From: Burkholderiaceae bacterium
GTDB taxonomy: Bacteria; Pseudomonadota; Gammaproteobacteria; Burkholderiales; Burkholderiaceae_A
Direction: 5' to 3'
Length of the DNA: 64,000 bases
NCBI GenBank assembly: GCA_018882795.1
Contig: VERJ01000002.1
Coordinates: 12,049-76,048, forward strand
Positions 1 to 10,598 of the stretch are shown here, piece after piece. Each line of letters starts with the position of its first letter. Positions within the stretch are counted from its first letter, which is position 1. The position numbers were made by a program, and so were the translations under genes. A model generated the notes under the pieces. It was given only the letters and a program-made list of their open reading frames with translations. It was not told the DNA's origin and did not search any database.

Positions 1-294
1 GGCGTTTTTTCGGCTCATCATGATCACCACGGCCGTGCCGGCGGCGATCACACGATAGGCCATAGGCGTCTGGGCCAGCACGCCCACGGGCAGCACAATG
101 ATGCGCACTACCAAGGCAGAGACCATGGCATAGGTCACGCAGGTGATCCATCCGAAAAGCGGACTATCTTGTGTGAGTCTGCCGGAGAGGAGCACACCGA
201 GTCCGCGCCATGCATAGGTGCCCATGGCGGCAAAGAGCAGAATCCCCCAGGCCCATAGTGCAGATCCCTGTGGAATATTGAGCAGGCTCTCCAT
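1..294 (-). CDS. azlD: AzlD-family branched-chain amino acid transporter small subunit (3' end cut by window edge)
   Basis: Manual translation from ATG 294: MESLLNIPQGSALWAWGILLFAAMGTYAWRGLGVLLSGRL...; hydrophobic, TYxxR motif, directly downstream of azlC; not in the ORF track. Confidence 0.8.
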   Translation of the reverse strand, partial: MESLLNIPQGSALWAWGILLFAAMGTYAWRGLGVLLSGRLTQDSPLFGWITCVTYAMVSALVVRIIVLPVGVLAQTPMAYRVIAAGTAVVIMMSRKNA

Positions 295-296
295 GT

Positions 297-1013
297 TTAC
301 GCCTTTTTTCCTAAGGCCATATCAAGAAAAAATGCAACACTGCCGCCAATCAGACCGCAGATCAGAATGCTCCAGCCCGGCGCCCATCCATAGACGATGG
401 GGCCCGATAGTCCACCGATCAGCAGTGCGAAGCGACTCGCCCGCGCGCGTACCTCAACAAAGCTGAGCAGGAAAAACAGTGGATTGAGCATGACCAGACC
501 AATAGTGATCGGCGTGGGCACATGGCCGGCCAGCAGATAACCCAGCATGGTGCCGGGCACGCTTACCGCCCAGCAGGTCAGACCAAAGCCTGTGAAATAG
601 GCCATACGTTCCTGTGGCGGTATGCGGGAGAACTCCCGCATCATCGCTGCCCAGCTGGTCATTGAGATGAAGTGGGCTACACCGTAGAGCGAGGGCCTAC
701 GATCCTCTTTCGGAATCTGCGGAATGAGCGTGAGCGTCATGGGCAGAAAACGCGCTGCCGTGAGCGCTGCGGCGATCGCCACTGCAAAGCCGGAGGCGCC
801 GAGTGCCACCATCTCGACAAATACCACCTGCCCCGGTAAGGCATAAAGAAAAAACGTGGTGGCGGTGGTCACGCCGAGCGTGAGTCCACTCGCATGGCCC
901 AGAGCACCAAAGCCGATCATGCCCGCCACCAGCACCGCAGCGGGTACGCCGAAGGCATCCCGGCAACCGGCCAGCAATGATTTGCGCGTGCTGAGTGTGG
1001 AGGAATCTGACAT
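297..1013 (-). CDS. azlC: AzlC-family permease
   Basis: Hydrophobic; MIGFGAL, YALPGQ and ARFLPM motifs typical of AzlC; start ATG 1013 chosen (track start 1040). Confidence 0.85.
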   Translation of the reverse strand: MSDSSTLSTRKSLLAGCRDAFGVPAAVLVAGMIGFGALGHASGLTLGVTTATTFFLYALPGQVVFVEMVALGASGFAVAIAAALTAARFLPMTLTLIPQIPKEDRRPSLYGVAHFISMTSWAAMMREFSRIPPQERMAYFTGFGLTCWAVSVPGTMLGYLLAGHVPTPITIGLVMLNPLFFLLSFVEVRARASRFALLIGGLSGPIVYGWAPGWSILICGLIGGSVAFFLDMALGKKA

Positions 1014-1059
1014 GGCGGCCATTGTAGGCCTGGCAATCAAATCCGCGATAATGAGGTCT

Positions 1060-1728
1060 ATGTCGCATGCGCGGGGACTTCAAAAAATTCGGGTCTGGGA
1101 TCTGCCCACGCGATTGTTTCATTGGCTCTTAGCGATCTCTATCGTGGCCGCGTTTATCTCCGTAAAAATTGGCGGCAATGCCATGGTCTGGCATGGCCGT
1201 TTCGGCGATGCGGCCCTGGCCCTGATTCTCTTTCGACTGGCTTGGGGTGTTGTGGGCCCGCATTACGCACGATTTGCTCAGTTTGTGAAGGGCCCTTCTG
1301 CCATATTGCAGGAACTCCGCGGCGATGCGCCGCGCAGTCCGGGCCACAACCCGCTGGGTGCCCTTTCGGTCCTGGCGATGCTGCTGTTGATCGGCCTTCA
1401 GGCAGGTCTTGGCCTCTTTAGCTCAGATGACATTGCCTTCGATGGTCCGCTTGCAAAGCATGTCAGCAGTGCGACGGTGGAATTCGCCACACGGTGGCAC
1501 CATCGTTTTGAATGGCTACTGATCGGATTGATTATCTTGCACATTGCAGCGGTGATCTGGCATCAACGCGTGAAGGGCCATGATCTGGTGCGGCCCATGA
1601 TTACGGGCGATCAGTGGGCTGCTTTTTCTGCCTCACTGCAGGCCGCACGTGATGATGCGTTCATGCGTGCAAGGGCGATTGTGCTGATCACCCTTGCCGC
1701 ATTATTGGTGGCTTACTTGTCGCGATAG
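1060..1728 (+). CDS. Cytochrome b/b6-domain (Ni-hydrogenase cyt b-like) membrane protein
   Basis: VWDLPTRLFHW, WHGRFG, GHNPLG and LHIAAV heme-ligand motifs; convergent with cytochrome c'. Confidence 0.88.
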   Translation: MSHARGLQKIRVWDLPTRLFHWLLAISIVAAFISVKIGGNAMVWHGRFGDAALALILFRLAWGVVGPHYARFAQFVKGPSAILQELRGDAPRSPGHNPLGALSVLAMLLLIGLQAGLGLFSSDDIAFDGPLAKHVSSATVEFATRWHHRFEWLLIGLIILHIAAVIWHQRVKGHDLVRPMITGDQWAAFSASLQAARDDAFMRARAIVLITLAALLVAYLSR

Positions 1729-2168
1729 TCATCGTGGCAGGCCTTGCAGGTCTGCCCGGTGGCGCCAAACGCCTTTTTAATCTGTTCAAGGTTGCCGGAT
1801 TTCGCAGCCGTGTTCAGATCTGCCGCAGCCTTCATGAATTTATCTGCGCCCGCTTTCACCTTGTCAATCTCCTTCCAGACTGCGGGCTTGGCCTTGCCGC
1901 CCTCCGTACCGGGACCAAATGCTTCCCAGGGCAGTGTGGAGAGTGTGGCGATCAGGGCAGCGCTTTTTTGGACTTCTGCAGCGTTAAAGGGAGCCTCACC
2001 CTTTACCACCGCGCCGATACGGTTCATGTGGGCACCGGTCAGCGCAAAAGCGCTTTGACGATATTTGATCGCATCTTCTTTCTTCGCAAATTGCGCGGAG
2101 GCAGTGAGAGGCATGGCGGCAAGCACGCCGCAGGCGATGCTGAATCCAAGTGCAGATTTCAATTTCAT
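1713..2168 (-). CDS. Cytochrome c' (class II cytochrome c)
   Basis: Signal peptide, AIKYRQ, C-terminal CKACH heme motif. Confidence 0.92.
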   Translation of the reverse strand: MKLKSALGFSIACGVLAAMPLTASAQFAKKEDAIKYRQSAFALTGAHMNRIGAVVKGEAPFNAAEVQKSAALIATLSTLPWEAFGPGTEGGKAKPAVWKEIDKVKAGADKFMKAAADLNTAAKSGNLEQIKKAFGATGQTCKACHDDYRDK

Positions 2169-2217
2169 ATGGGCTCCTTATGTGGAATAAATTAATGGCG
2201 CGTAAGCTGCGGAAATG

Positions 2218-3093
2218 CTATTGGCGGGTGGATTTTCCCGCCGACATGACCCACCAGACGCCCCAGACGGTCAGCAGTGTGCCGGCCACAGTACTGAGTG
2301 TAATTGGTTCATCGAACAGGAACCAGGCCATGATGGCCGTGGTGGGTGGTGTCAGGTAGAGCAGGCTGGTGACTTGTGTGGCAGCGCCTTCACGAATCAG
2401 AATGAAGAGCAGCGAGATCGCGCCGATGGAGAGCGCCAGGATTGCCCAGAGCAGTGCCCCGATCATTTCCGGATGCCAGACAACTTCCCGGGTCTCAAAT
2501 AGGAACATGAAGGGCAGACAGACCAGCGCTGAGACGGTGAACTGAATGACCGATCCCGCTCGCAGATCGAAGCTTGGACAATATTTTTTCTGATAGATCG
2601 TGCCCAACGTGATGCTGGCCAGGGCGATCACCGCGAGTCCAAGGCTCAGTGCTGTCATGCCGGTCAGAGACAGCTTGGCAAACACGACCAATCCCACGCC
2701 AGAGAGCCCCAGTGCCAGACCGATCCATTGCCGTGCAGTTACTTTTTCGGCCAGTAGGGCCGCCAGCCAGGCGGTGATGATCGGCTGCAGGCCCACGATC
2801 AGGGCCACCAGGCCAGCAGACATGCCATGCCGCACCGCAGCCCAGACACCCCCCAGATAGCCTGCCTGCAGGAGCACTCCAGCGATGCTGATATGAAGGA
2901 TTTTTCGTCTTTCGGGCCATATCGGCTGCAACAGCATGACCGCCGGCACCATGATCACCAGCACGCCCACAAAGCGCAAAAACAGGAAAGTCATGGGCTC
3001 GGCGTGGGGCATGCCATAGCGGGCGATGATGAAGCCGGAGCTCCAGATCAGCACAAAAGTTGCGGGAATCAGGCGTCGGAGGGCGGGATGCAT
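2218..3093 (-). CDS. EamA/DMT family transporter
   Basis: About 10 TM segments; IWSSGFI, LRF, LQPIIT and LYLTPP motifs; start ATG 3093. Confidence 0.88.
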   Translation of the reverse strand: MHPALRRLIPATFVLIWSSGFIIARYGMPHAEPMTFLFLRFVGVLVIMVPAVMLLQPIWPERRKILHISIAGVLLQAGYLGGVWAAVRHGMSAGLVALIVGLQPIITAWLAALLAEKVTARQWIGLALGLSGVGLVVFAKLSLTGMTALSLGLAVIALASITLGTIYQKKYCPSFDLRAGSVIQFTVSALVCLPFMFLFETREVVWHPEMIGALLWAILALSIGAISLLFILIREGAATQVTSLLYLTPPTTAIMAWFLFDEPITLSTVAGTLLTVWGVWWVMSAGKSTRQ

Positions 3094-3128
3094 GGGGTTT
3101 TTAGGGAAACATCGTGGATAATGCCCGA

Positions 3129-4532
3129 ATGAGTTTTGATGCGTTTGGCCTGCATCCCGATTTGATGCGGGCAATTGCCGAGTTAGGCTACACCACCCCC
3201 ACCCCGATCCAGTCCCAGGCGATCCCCGTCGTGATTGAGGGCAAAGACGTCATGGGCGCCGCCCAGACGGGCACGGGCAAGACGGCCGCATTCACCCTGC
3301 CCATTTTGCAGCGGCTGATGGCCTATGCAAATACCAGTGCCTCGCCCGCGCGACACCCGGTGCGGGCATTGATTCTTGCGCCCACGCGCGAGCTCGCCGA
3401 TCAGATTGCCCAGAATGTCAGTCAATACGCCAAGCATGTGCCGCTAAAAAGCGTCGTTGTGTTTGGTGGTGTGGACATGACGCCGCAGACTGCCGCATTG
3501 CGATCGGGTGTTGAAATCTTGATTGCAACGCCTGGCCGCCTGCTGGATCATGTCCAGCAGAAAACAGTGTCGCTTGCTTCGGTCTCGGTCCTGGTCCTTG
3601 ATGAGGCTGATCGCATGCTGGACATGGGCTTTCTTCCCGACCTGCAGCGTATTGTGAACCTGCTGCCGAAGGCCCGTCAGAGCCTGCTTTTTTCTGCCAC
3701 TTTTTCGCCCGAGATCCGCAAGCTCGCCAAAACGTTTCTGAATGACAGCCCTGTGGTAATTGAGGTCGCTGCCCGAAACGCCACGGCCGATAACGTCTCG
3801 CAGGTGGTCTTCATGGTCGATCGGTCCGAGTCCAAGCGCGCGGCGGTGGCCCATCTGGTGAAGAGCCGGGGCCTAAGGCAGGTGATTGTGTTCACCAACA
3901 CCAAAATTGGTGCGAGTCGTCTGGCCCGAGAACTTCAGCGTGAGGGCATCCCTGCGGATGCGATTCACGGCGATAAATCCCAGGGCGAGCGGCTTGCAAC
4001 TCTGGAAAAATTTAAAAAAGGCGAGGTTGAGGTCATGGTGGCCACCGATGTTGCGGCCCGCGGCCTGGATATTGCCGAGCTTCCGGCTGTGATCAACTAT
4101 GACTTGCCGTATTCGCCTGAAGATTATGTGCATCGGATTGGCCGCACAGGCCGTGCGGGTGCCAGCGGCCAGGCAATGTCGCTGATGGTCCCTGAGGATG
4201 CACGGCTTCTTGCTGATATTGAAAAGCTGGTGCGCAAGACCATCACAAGGGAATCCCTGCGGATTGAGCGTGCATCGCGCGGTGGGTCATCGTCTTACGA
4301 ATCACCAAGACCAAAATCCTATTCGGTGCCCAAAGCGGTCAAGGCAGTGCCTGCTGACCCGATTTTTTCTCAACCCTACGTACCCAAGGCCGCATCTTCT
4401 GAGCAGGTCGGTGAGGCCGCGGTATCGGCAACGACTGTCCAGCCCACAGTTGCAGGAAAATCCACGCCATCGGGCATCAAGCGTGCCCCGAAAACGGTGC
4501 CCTCACTGCTTGGTGGTAAGCGCAAAACCTAG
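3129..4532 (+). CDS. rhlE: DEAD-box RNA helicase (RhlE-like)
   Basis: Q motif, AQTGTGKT, PTRELA, DEAD, SAT, ARGLD, HRIGRTGR. Confidence 0.9.
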   Translation: MSFDAFGLHPDLMRAIAELGYTTPTPIQSQAIPVVIEGKDVMGAAQTGTGKTAAFTLPILQRLMAYANTSASPARHPVRALILAPTRELADQIAQNVSQYAKHVPLKSVVVFGGVDMTPQTAALRSGVEILIATPGRLLDHVQQKTVSLASVSVLVLDEADRMLDMGFLPDLQRIVNLLPKARQSLLFSATFSPEIRKLAKTFLNDSPVVIEVAARNATADNVSQVVFMVDRSESKRAAVAHLVKSRGLRQVIVFTNTKIGASRLARELQREGIPADAIHGDKSQGERLATLEKFKKGEVEVMVATDVAARGLDIAELPAVINYDLPYSPEDYVHRIGRTGRAGASGQAMSLMVPEDARLLADIEKLVRKTITRESLRIERASRGGSSSYESPRPKSYSVPKAVKAVPADPIFSQPYVPKAASSEQVGEAAVSATTVQPTVAGKSTPSGIKRAPKTVPSLLGGKRKT

Positions 4533-5431
4533 CAGGTTGGCGCAACAGGTTTGATCGGCTGCTGACGCAGTCGCGCCCAACATCCCTCGACCCTGGCGAG
4601 CCAGCTCGGGGGCATGTGAAATTCAAGATATGACCAGGCGAAATCCAGTTGAAGTTGAATCACTTCTGCACTGTCGATGCGCAGCGGCGGTGCCTTGGTC
4701 TGCTTGGAGAGTTTCTCGCCCTGATCATTTTTCACAACCGGCACATGCTGTACATAGGGCTGGGGCAGGCCCAAGGCCTCGCGCAGGGCCTGGTGTCGGG
4801 GGGCGGCATGCAGCAGATCATCGCCGCGCAGGATATGCGTGATGCCTTGGAAACCATCATCAACCACCACTGCCAGATGGTAGGCCCAGAAGCCATCGGC
4901 ACGTCGCAGCAGGAAATCATCACCATTGTCATTGCGAAAGCGCCATGAGCATCCCTCACGGTCTTCTTGACGAAAAAAGACTTCGGCGCGGGGCTGGGTC
5001 ATGCGCTCCGGCTGCTGTGGTCTACAGTAGCCTGGGTAAATAATTTCACCATCGGGATTGTGGGTGGTCTTACCTGATCCCACCGCGTATTGAAGCCGTT
5101 TGCGCGAACAGGTGCAGGGATAGACACGGCCTGCCGCAATAAGCGTTTCCAATGCGGCAAGATAGGCATCATGGCGGCTGCTTTGAAACAGTACCCCCAT
5201 GCGCGATTCCCTGTCTTCCCATGCATCCCAATGCAGACCGTGGGCGGAGAGCTGCTGAAGAATCAGGTCGGCAGCGCCGGGTTCCTCGCGCGGTGGATCC
5301 AGATCTTCCACACGCACCAGCCACTGCCGCCCATTGGCCCGCGCATCCAGCCAACTGGCCAGGGCCGTGACCAGTGAGCCCAGGTGCAGGGGGCCGGTGG
5401 GGGAGGGGGCAAAACGGCCTTTCGCTTGCAA
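4529..5431 (-). CDS. gluQ: tRNA glutamyl-Q(34) synthetase GluQRS
   Basis: GRFAPSPTGPLHLGS, CTCSR, YHLAVVVDD, KLSKQ; no anticodon-binding domain. Confidence 0.92.
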   Translation of the reverse strand: MQAKGRFAPSPTGPLHLGSLVTALASWLDARANGRQWLVRVEDLDPPREEPGAADLILQQLSAHGLHWDAWEDRESRMGVLFQSSRHDAYLAALETLIAAGRVYPCTCSRKRLQYAVGSGKTTHNPDGEIIYPGYCRPQQPERMTQPRAEVFFRQEDREGCSWRFRNDNGDDFLLRRADGFWAYHLAVVVDDGFQGITHILRGDDLLHAAPRHQALREALGLPQPYVQHVPVVKNDQGEKLSKQTKAPPLRIDSAEVIQLQLDFAWSYLEFHMPPSWLARVEGCWARLRQQPIKPVAPTC

Positions 5432-5448
5432 CGGGTGACCCCTGTGGG

Positions 5449-6747
5449 CTACCTGGCGATTTCCGCGAAGCTTTCGCGCGCGGCCTGCAGGGTCTGGTCA
5501 ATTGGATCGCCGGCATGAGCGATCGATACAAAACCTGCCTCGAAGGCCGAGGGTGCGAGATACACGCCCCGATTCAGCATTGCGTGAAAGAAGCGATTGA
5601 ACTGATCACGATCTGATTGGCTGACATCGTCGAAGGTGATGGGTATTGTTTTGCTGAAATAAAGCCCGAACATGCCGCCGATACTATCGGTGCAGAAATT
5701 CTCCTCACCTGACTCGTGTGCGATTGTTTGCAGGTCTTGCATCAGGCTGGCGGTCATAGAGGTGAGTTTTTCAAAAAATCCCGGTGCACTCACGATCCTG
5801 AGTGTGGCGAGACCGGCGGCCACCGCAACTGGATTACCGGAGAGCGTACCGGCCTGATAGACCGGGCCCAGCGGGGCCACGCACTGCATGACATCCTTTC
5901 GCCCACCGAACGCGCCCATGGGCATACCACCGCCGATGACCTTGCCCAGGGTGGTCAGGTCAGGCCGCACACCGCTGATGCCTTGGACGCCCTGCGGGCC
6001 AACACGAAACCCTGTCATAACCTCATCAAAAATCAGTAGGGCGCCGTGGGCATCGCACTGTTGGCGCAGCGCTTCAAGAAAACCCTTGATGGGCTTGACC
6101 AGATTCATATTGCCCGCAACCGGCTCGACGATCACGCCAGCAATGGCAGCGCCATGTTCATTGAAACATTTTTTCACTCCGTCGATGTCGTTGTAATCCA
6201 GGACGATGGTTTCTTCGGCAAAGCTCTTGGGCACACCGGCTGAGGTTGGATTGCCAAAGGTCAGCAGGCCCGAGCCCGCCTTGACCAGCAGGCTGTCCAC
6301 ATGGCCGTGATAGCAGCCTTCGAACTTGATGATCTTGGAGCGGCCCGTGAATCCGCGTGCAACCCGAATCGCAGACATTGTGGCCTCCGTGCCTGAAGAA
6401 GTCAGGCGCATCATTTCCATGGAAGGCAGGTGGCTGCGGATCCATTCCGCGATCTCGACTTCTGCGGCGGTGGGTGCGCCAAAAGAAAGGCCATGGGCGG
6501 CGGCCTCTTGCACGGCTGCGATCACTTCTGGGTGGGCATGGCCCACGATGGCTGGCCCCCATGAACAGATATAGTCAACATAGCGATTACCATCGGCATC
6601 CCAGCCATAGGCACCCTTGGCCTTGGCGAAAAACCGCGGCGTGCCACCTACTGAGCGAAATGCACGAACAGGTGAATTCACACCTCCCGGGATGGTTTGT
6701 TGCGCCTGGGCAAAAAGCGCTTCACTTTTTTTGGTGATCTGCTGCAT
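5449..6747 (-). CDS. hemL: Glutamate-1-semialdehyde 2,1-aminomutase
   Basis: [44 protein letters not shown]. Confidence 0.97.
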   Translation of the reverse strand: MQQITKKSEALFAQAQQTIPGGVNSPVRAFRSVGGTPRFFAKAKGAYGWDADGNRYVDYICSWGPAIVGHAHPEVIAAVQEAAAHGLSFGAPTAAEVEIAEWIRSHLPSMEMMRLTSSGTEATMSAIRVARGFTGRSKIIKFEGCYHGHVDSLLVKAGSGLLTFGNPTSAGVPKSFAEETIVLDYNDIDGVKKCFNEHGAAIAGVIVEPVAGNMNLVKPIKGFLEALRQQCDAHGALLIFDEVMTGFRVGPQGVQGISGVRPDLTTLGKVIGGGMPMGAFGGRKDVMQCVAPLGPVYQAGTLSGNPVAVAAGLATLRIVSAPGFFEKLTSMTASLMQDLQTIAHESGEENFCTDSIGGMFGLYFSKTIPITFDDVSQSDRDQFNRFFHAMLNRGVYLAPSAFEAGFVSIAHAGDPIDQTLQAARESFAEIAR

Positions 6748-6861
6748 GACGGCCTTTCTGTCGGCGTTGCGGATAAACTCTCTATTGGAAGGCATTTTAA
6801 ATCGACTGGCTAGAACAGTTGATTGCGATGACTCAAGACTCTTCAAAGGAAGCGTGGATTC

Positions 6862-7026
6862 ATGAAAAAGTATATGTGTCTGATTTGCGGCTGGATTTAT
6901 GATGAGGCCACCGGCTGGCCCGATGATGGCATTGCGCCTGGCACCAAGTGGGAAGATGTCCCTGTTACTTGGGCCTGTCCCGAGTGCGGCGCACAGAAAT
7001 CAGATTTTGAGATGGTGGAGATTTGA
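6862..7026 (+). CDS. Rubredoxin (54 aa)
   Basis: Manual translation [54 protein letters not shown] with two CxxCG motifs; AAAGGA RBS; below the ORF-track length cutoff. Confidence 0.95.
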   Translation: MKKYMCLICGWIYDEATGWPDDGIAPGTKWEDVPVTWACPECGAQKSDFEMVEI

Positions 7027-7027
7027 T

Positions 7028-7086
7028 GGATCGCTACGGGGCCTGACGGCCCCTCGCGATGACGTTTTTTCAGGTGTCTGACACCT
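7028..7086. repeat. Two adjacent palindromic REP-like units between convergent genes; probably also the terminator
   Basis: GGATCGCTACGGGGCC-TGAC-GGCCCCTCGCGATGAC followed by a T-run, then AGGTGTCTGACACCT. Confidence 0.5.
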
Positions 7087-7089
7087 TCG

Positions 7090-8643
7090 TTATTTTTTCA
7101 CCACCGAAAATCGCATCAATGTTTTTTCCCGCGCCTGCGCATGATCGACCACAGGTAAGGGATAAGTCTTGCCCAGTGTGATGCCCGCATCTTTCAGCAC
7201 CACGGGTGGCGCTATCCAGGGCGCGTGAATGCATCGATCATCCAGCGCAGCGATCTCGGGCACATAGCGCCGGATGAAACTGCCGCGCTCATCGAATCGT
7301 TCACTCTGACTCACGGGATTGAAAATGCGGAAGTAGGGTTGCGCATCGCAGCCGGTGGAGGCCGCCCATTGCCAGCCTCCGTTGTTAGCCGAAAGATCAT
7401 AGTCATTCAGTTTCCAGGCGAAGTAGCGCTCACCGCGTCGCCAATCAACGCCCAGGTCTTTGGTCAGAAAAGAGGCCACCACCATGCGCAGCCGGTTGTG
7501 CATGTAGCCGGTGGCATTGAGCTGCCGCATGCCGGCATCTACCAGGGGGTAGCCGGTTTGGCCCGCACACCATGAGTCAAAAAGCGCATCGGCCTCGGGC
7601 CCCTCGGTCCAGCGAATCGCATCGTATTCGGGTTTAAAGCTTGCATTCACCACATGCGGATGATGATGCAGGATCTGCATGTAGAAATCCCGCCAAATCA
7701 ATTCGGAGAGCCATGTTGCAGCACCTTCGGCAGCCTGCCGATCAGCCTGTGCAGAGAGCGCAAAGCGCACCAGTTCACGAATAGAGATCGTGCCAAAGCG
7801 CAGGTGGACTGAAAGATAAGATGGCCCCTTTGCGCCGGGGTAATCACGCGCTGCCTTGTACTGGCCGATGCGTGGTTGGAATTCCTTAAAAAGCGTCTGG
7901 GCGCCGGATTCTCCGAGTGGAATTTTCAAGTCATGTAGATTGCCTGCTGAAAAACCCAGTGCGCTGAGAGTAGGCATCGGTTTGCGCAGCGCTGCCTTCA
8001 GTGCGGCGCTGGGCTGCAGCCGTTTGGCCAGGCGATCGCCCACACCGTTGCGAGATGCGAAGCGCTCGGCGCCCGTGGCCTTTGCGGCAACGTCTTCATC
8101 GCGCAAGCGTTTGAGCCAGGCATTTTTGTAGGGCGTGAAAACAGAGAACGGATTGCCTGCACCAGTGAGCACCTCACTGCGCTCGAAGATACATTGGTCC
8201 TTCACCGAGACCGCCTCGATGCCAAGCCCCTGCAGGGTCTGTCGCACCCGATGATCACGTGCCAATGCATCGGGCTCGTCATCGTGGGCAAACACCACGC
8301 GTTTCGCCTGCAGGTCTTGTGCAAGTTCGGGGATTAAGGCGCTGGGATCGCCATGTTGCACAATCAGGTGGGCACCTGCTTCAGAGAGTCGCTGATCGAG
8401 TTCGGCCACTGCGGCGTGGATAAAGGCCACGCGCCGATCCTCACAGGGCGTGGCCTGGCCAGCTCCCGGCAATGCGGACAGGATGGTCTTATCGAAGATG
8501 AATGCGAGTTGCAGGGGCTCCTGATGCTCGAGAGCGACGGCAATCGCAGCGTGGTCGCCAAGCCGCAGGTCGCGCCTGAGCCACACAAGCGTGCAGGGCT
8601 GTGTTTTGTTTTCAGACAAGGTTAAAATTTCCTCATGGGCCAT
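7090..8643 (-). CDS. phrB: Class I CPD photolyase
   Basis: VWLRRDLR, SYLSVHLRFG, ELIWRDFY, GYMHNRLRM, ANNGGWQW, YFRIFNP; start is ATG 8643 or TTG 8619, not 9345. Confidence 0.93.
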   Translation of the reverse strand: MAHEEILTLSENKTQPCTLVWLRRDLRLGDHAAIAVALEHQEPLQLAFIFDKTILSALPGAGQATPCEDRRVAFIHAAVAELDQRLSEAGAHLIVQHGDPSALIPELAQDLQAKRVVFAHDDEPDALARDHRVRQTLQGLGIEAVSVKDQCIFERSEVLTGAGNPFSVFTPYKNAWLKRLRDEDVAAKATGAERFASRNGVGDRLAKRLQPSAALKAALRKPMPTLSALGFSAGNLHDLKIPLGESGAQTLFKEFQPRIGQYKAARDYPGAKGPSYLSVHLRFGTISIRELVRFALSAQADRQAAEGAATWLSELIWRDFYMQILHHHPHVVNASFKPEYDAIRWTEGPEADALFDSWCAGQTGYPLVDAGMRQLNATGYMHNRLRMVVASFLTKDLGVDWRRGERYFAWKLNDYDLSANNGGWQWAASTGCDAQPYFRIFNPVSQSERFDERGSFIRRYVPEIAALDDRCIHAPWIAPPVVLKDAGITLGKTYPLPVVDHAQAREKTLMRFSVVKK

Positions 8644-9237
8644 CAATCTGTTTCCCAACATTATCTCGTGGCCATGCCCAGCCTGACCGATCCTCAGTTC
8701 AATGGCACGGTCATTTATCTTGCTGAGCATACGCCTTCGGGCGCTATGGGCCTGGTGGTCAACCGGCCATCGGAGATGTCTCTGGCCACACTTTTTGATC
8801 GTATCGATCTGCCCCCGGCAAATCCGGAAGCCATTTCGGTCCATCGGGCCAAGCTGCGCTACGGCCCGATTGGCGATGAGATTGTCTACTTGGGCGGCCC
8901 GGTACAGACGGATCGTGGTTTTGTGTTGCACGAGCCTGTCGGCAAGTGGAACTCCACTCTGGTGCTGAACGACGTTACCGGCCTGACATCCTCGCGCGAT
9001 ATCCTGGAGGCCGCAGCTTGTGGCCGGGGCCCCGATCGGATCTTTGTCTCGCTCGGCTATGCGGGCTGGGGCGAGGGCCAACTCGATCAGGAACTGGCGG
9101 CAAATGCCTGGCTCACCGTACCGGCCACAGATACTTCGTTGATCTTCGATATTCCAGTTGACCAGCGCTTCGCATACGCCTTCCGGCTGCTTGGGATTGA
9201 TCCGCTGCATTTCTCGGGAGCCGCCGGGCATGCATGA
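8635..9237 (+). CDS. yqgE: YqgE/AlgH family protein
   Basis: LVAMP, GAMGLVVNRP, GGPV, LGYAGW, GQLxxEL, AGHA C-terminus. Confidence 0.93.
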   Translation: MGHQSVSQHYLVAMPSLTDPQFNGTVIYLAEHTPSGAMGLVVNRPSEMSLATLFDRIDLPPANPEAISVHRAKLRYGPIGDEIVYLGGPVQTDRGFVLHEPVGKWNSTLVLNDVTGLTSSRDILEAAACGRGPDRIFVSLGYAGWGEGQLDQELAANAWLTVPATDTSLIFDIPVDQRFAYAFRLLGIDPLHFSGAAGHA

Positions 9238-9652
9238 CCCGGCCCGTGGGGGCGTTACCCTCATGGCCTTTGATTTCGGGGAGCGTCGTATTGGGGTGGC
9301 CATTGGCAACACCCTGACGGGCGGCGCCCGTCCGCTCGCCGTCATTCAGGAGGAACGCCGCGAGGCCCGCTTTGCCCGCATTGCCGCCCTGATTGCAGAG
9401 TGGGGCCCCGAGCGGCTGGTGGTGGGATTGCCTGCTCATCCCGATGGCGCTGAACATCCTTTTGCTGCCCGTTGTCAGCGCTTTGCCCATCAGCTGCAGG
9501 GCCGCTTTGGCCTCGCAGTGGAGATGGTGGATGAGCGCTGGACATCGGCCCTGGCGCCAGGCGAGGCGCCCATCGATGCCGAGGCTGCCGCGATCCTGCT
9601 GCAGGGCGTTTTAGATACACTGTCGTCTCATGCCACGGTCCATCCAAATTAA
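9230..9652 (+). CDS. yqgF: Pre-16S rRNA nuclease / RuvX
   Basis: [32 protein letters not shown]. Confidence 0.93.
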   Translation: MHDPARGGVTLMAFDFGERRIGVAIGNTLTGGARPLAVIQEERREARFARIAALIAEWGPERLVVGLPAHPDGAEHPFAARCQRFAHQLQGRFGLAVEMVDERWTSALAPGEAPIDAEAAAILLQGVLDTLSSHATVHPN

Positions 9653-10598
9653 TGCCAACGGTGAGCTCATTCACCTGCTCAGTACAGAGGGCATTCCCAG
9701 GGCATTGATGCTCCGAATCCTCGATCGCGCCAATACATTTCTCAATCCGAACGATCCCACTGAAGTGGTCAATGCGCCCCTCCTCGATGGCAAGAGCGTG
9801 TTCAACCTCTTTTTTGAAAATTCCACCCGCACCCGCACCACATTCGAGATCGCGGCCAAACGGCTCTCGGCCGATGTGGTGAACCTGAATGTGCAGGTCT
9901 CCAGTACAGCCAAGGGTGAGTCCCTGCTGGACACGATCGACAACCTTGCCGCTATGAAGGCCGATATGTTTGTCGTGCGCCATGGCCAGAGTGGTGCGCC
10001 TTATCTGATCGCCAAACACATCAACAAGGTAGCACCGCACATTCGCGTGATGAACGCAGGCGATGGCCGACATGCCCACCCCACTCAGGCCCTATTGGAT
10101 GCCTTCACCATTCGCCATTTCAAGGGTGATTTTCAGCATCTGCGTGTGGCCATCGTGGGCGATATCCTCCATTCACGTGTGGCCCGCTCCAACATCCACG
10201 CCCTGACCACTCTGGGGGTGCCGGAGATCCGTGCCATTGCGCCGCTGACACTGCTTCCATCGGGATTAAAAGAGATGGGCCTTCAGGTCTACACCGATTT
10301 GTCGGAGGGGCTGCGCGATGTGGATGTGATTCTGATGCTGCGGCTTCAGAATGAGCGCATGCGGGGTGCAATGCTGCCCAGCACCCAGGAATACTTCAAG
10401 CACTACGGGCTGACTCAGGAAAAACTCACCGTGGCCAAGCCCGACGCGATTGTTATGCATCCGGGCCCGATGAACCGTGGTGTGGAGATTGATTCTGCAG
10501 TCGCAGATGGCGCGCAGTCGGTCATTCTTTCCCAGGTCACCTTCGGGATTGCCGTGCGTATGGCGGTGATGAGCATGCTCGCCGAGGTGAAACACTGA
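9630..10598 (+). CDS. pyrB: Aspartate carbamoyltransferase catalytic subunit
   Basis: [32 protein letters not shown]. Confidence 0.97.
   Translation: MPRSIQINANGELIHLLSTEGIPRALMLRILDRANTFLNPNDPTEVVNAPLLDGKSVFNLFFENSTRTRTTFEIAAKRLSADVVNLNVQVSSTAKGESLLDTIDNLAAMKADMFVVRHGQSGAPYLIAKHINKVAPHIRVMNAGDGRHAHPTQALLDAFTIRHFKGDFQHLRVAIVGDILHSRVARSNIHALTTLGVPEIRAIAPLTLLPSGLKEMGLQVYTDLSEGLRDVDVILMLRLQNERMRGAMLPSTQEYFKHYGLTQEKLTVAKPDAIVMHPGPMNRGVEIDSAVADGAQSVILSQVTFGIAVRMAVMSMLAEVKH

Noticed and set aside
6819..6832. FNR-like site TTGAT-TGCG-ATGAC between hemL and rubredoxin
   Set aside because: The right half-site has two mismatches; too weak to call without comparative support.
8644..9345. N-terminal extension of the photolyase (751-aa track ORF)
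   Set aside because: It is the antisense shadow of yqgE/yqgF; photolyase motifs begin only near 8600.
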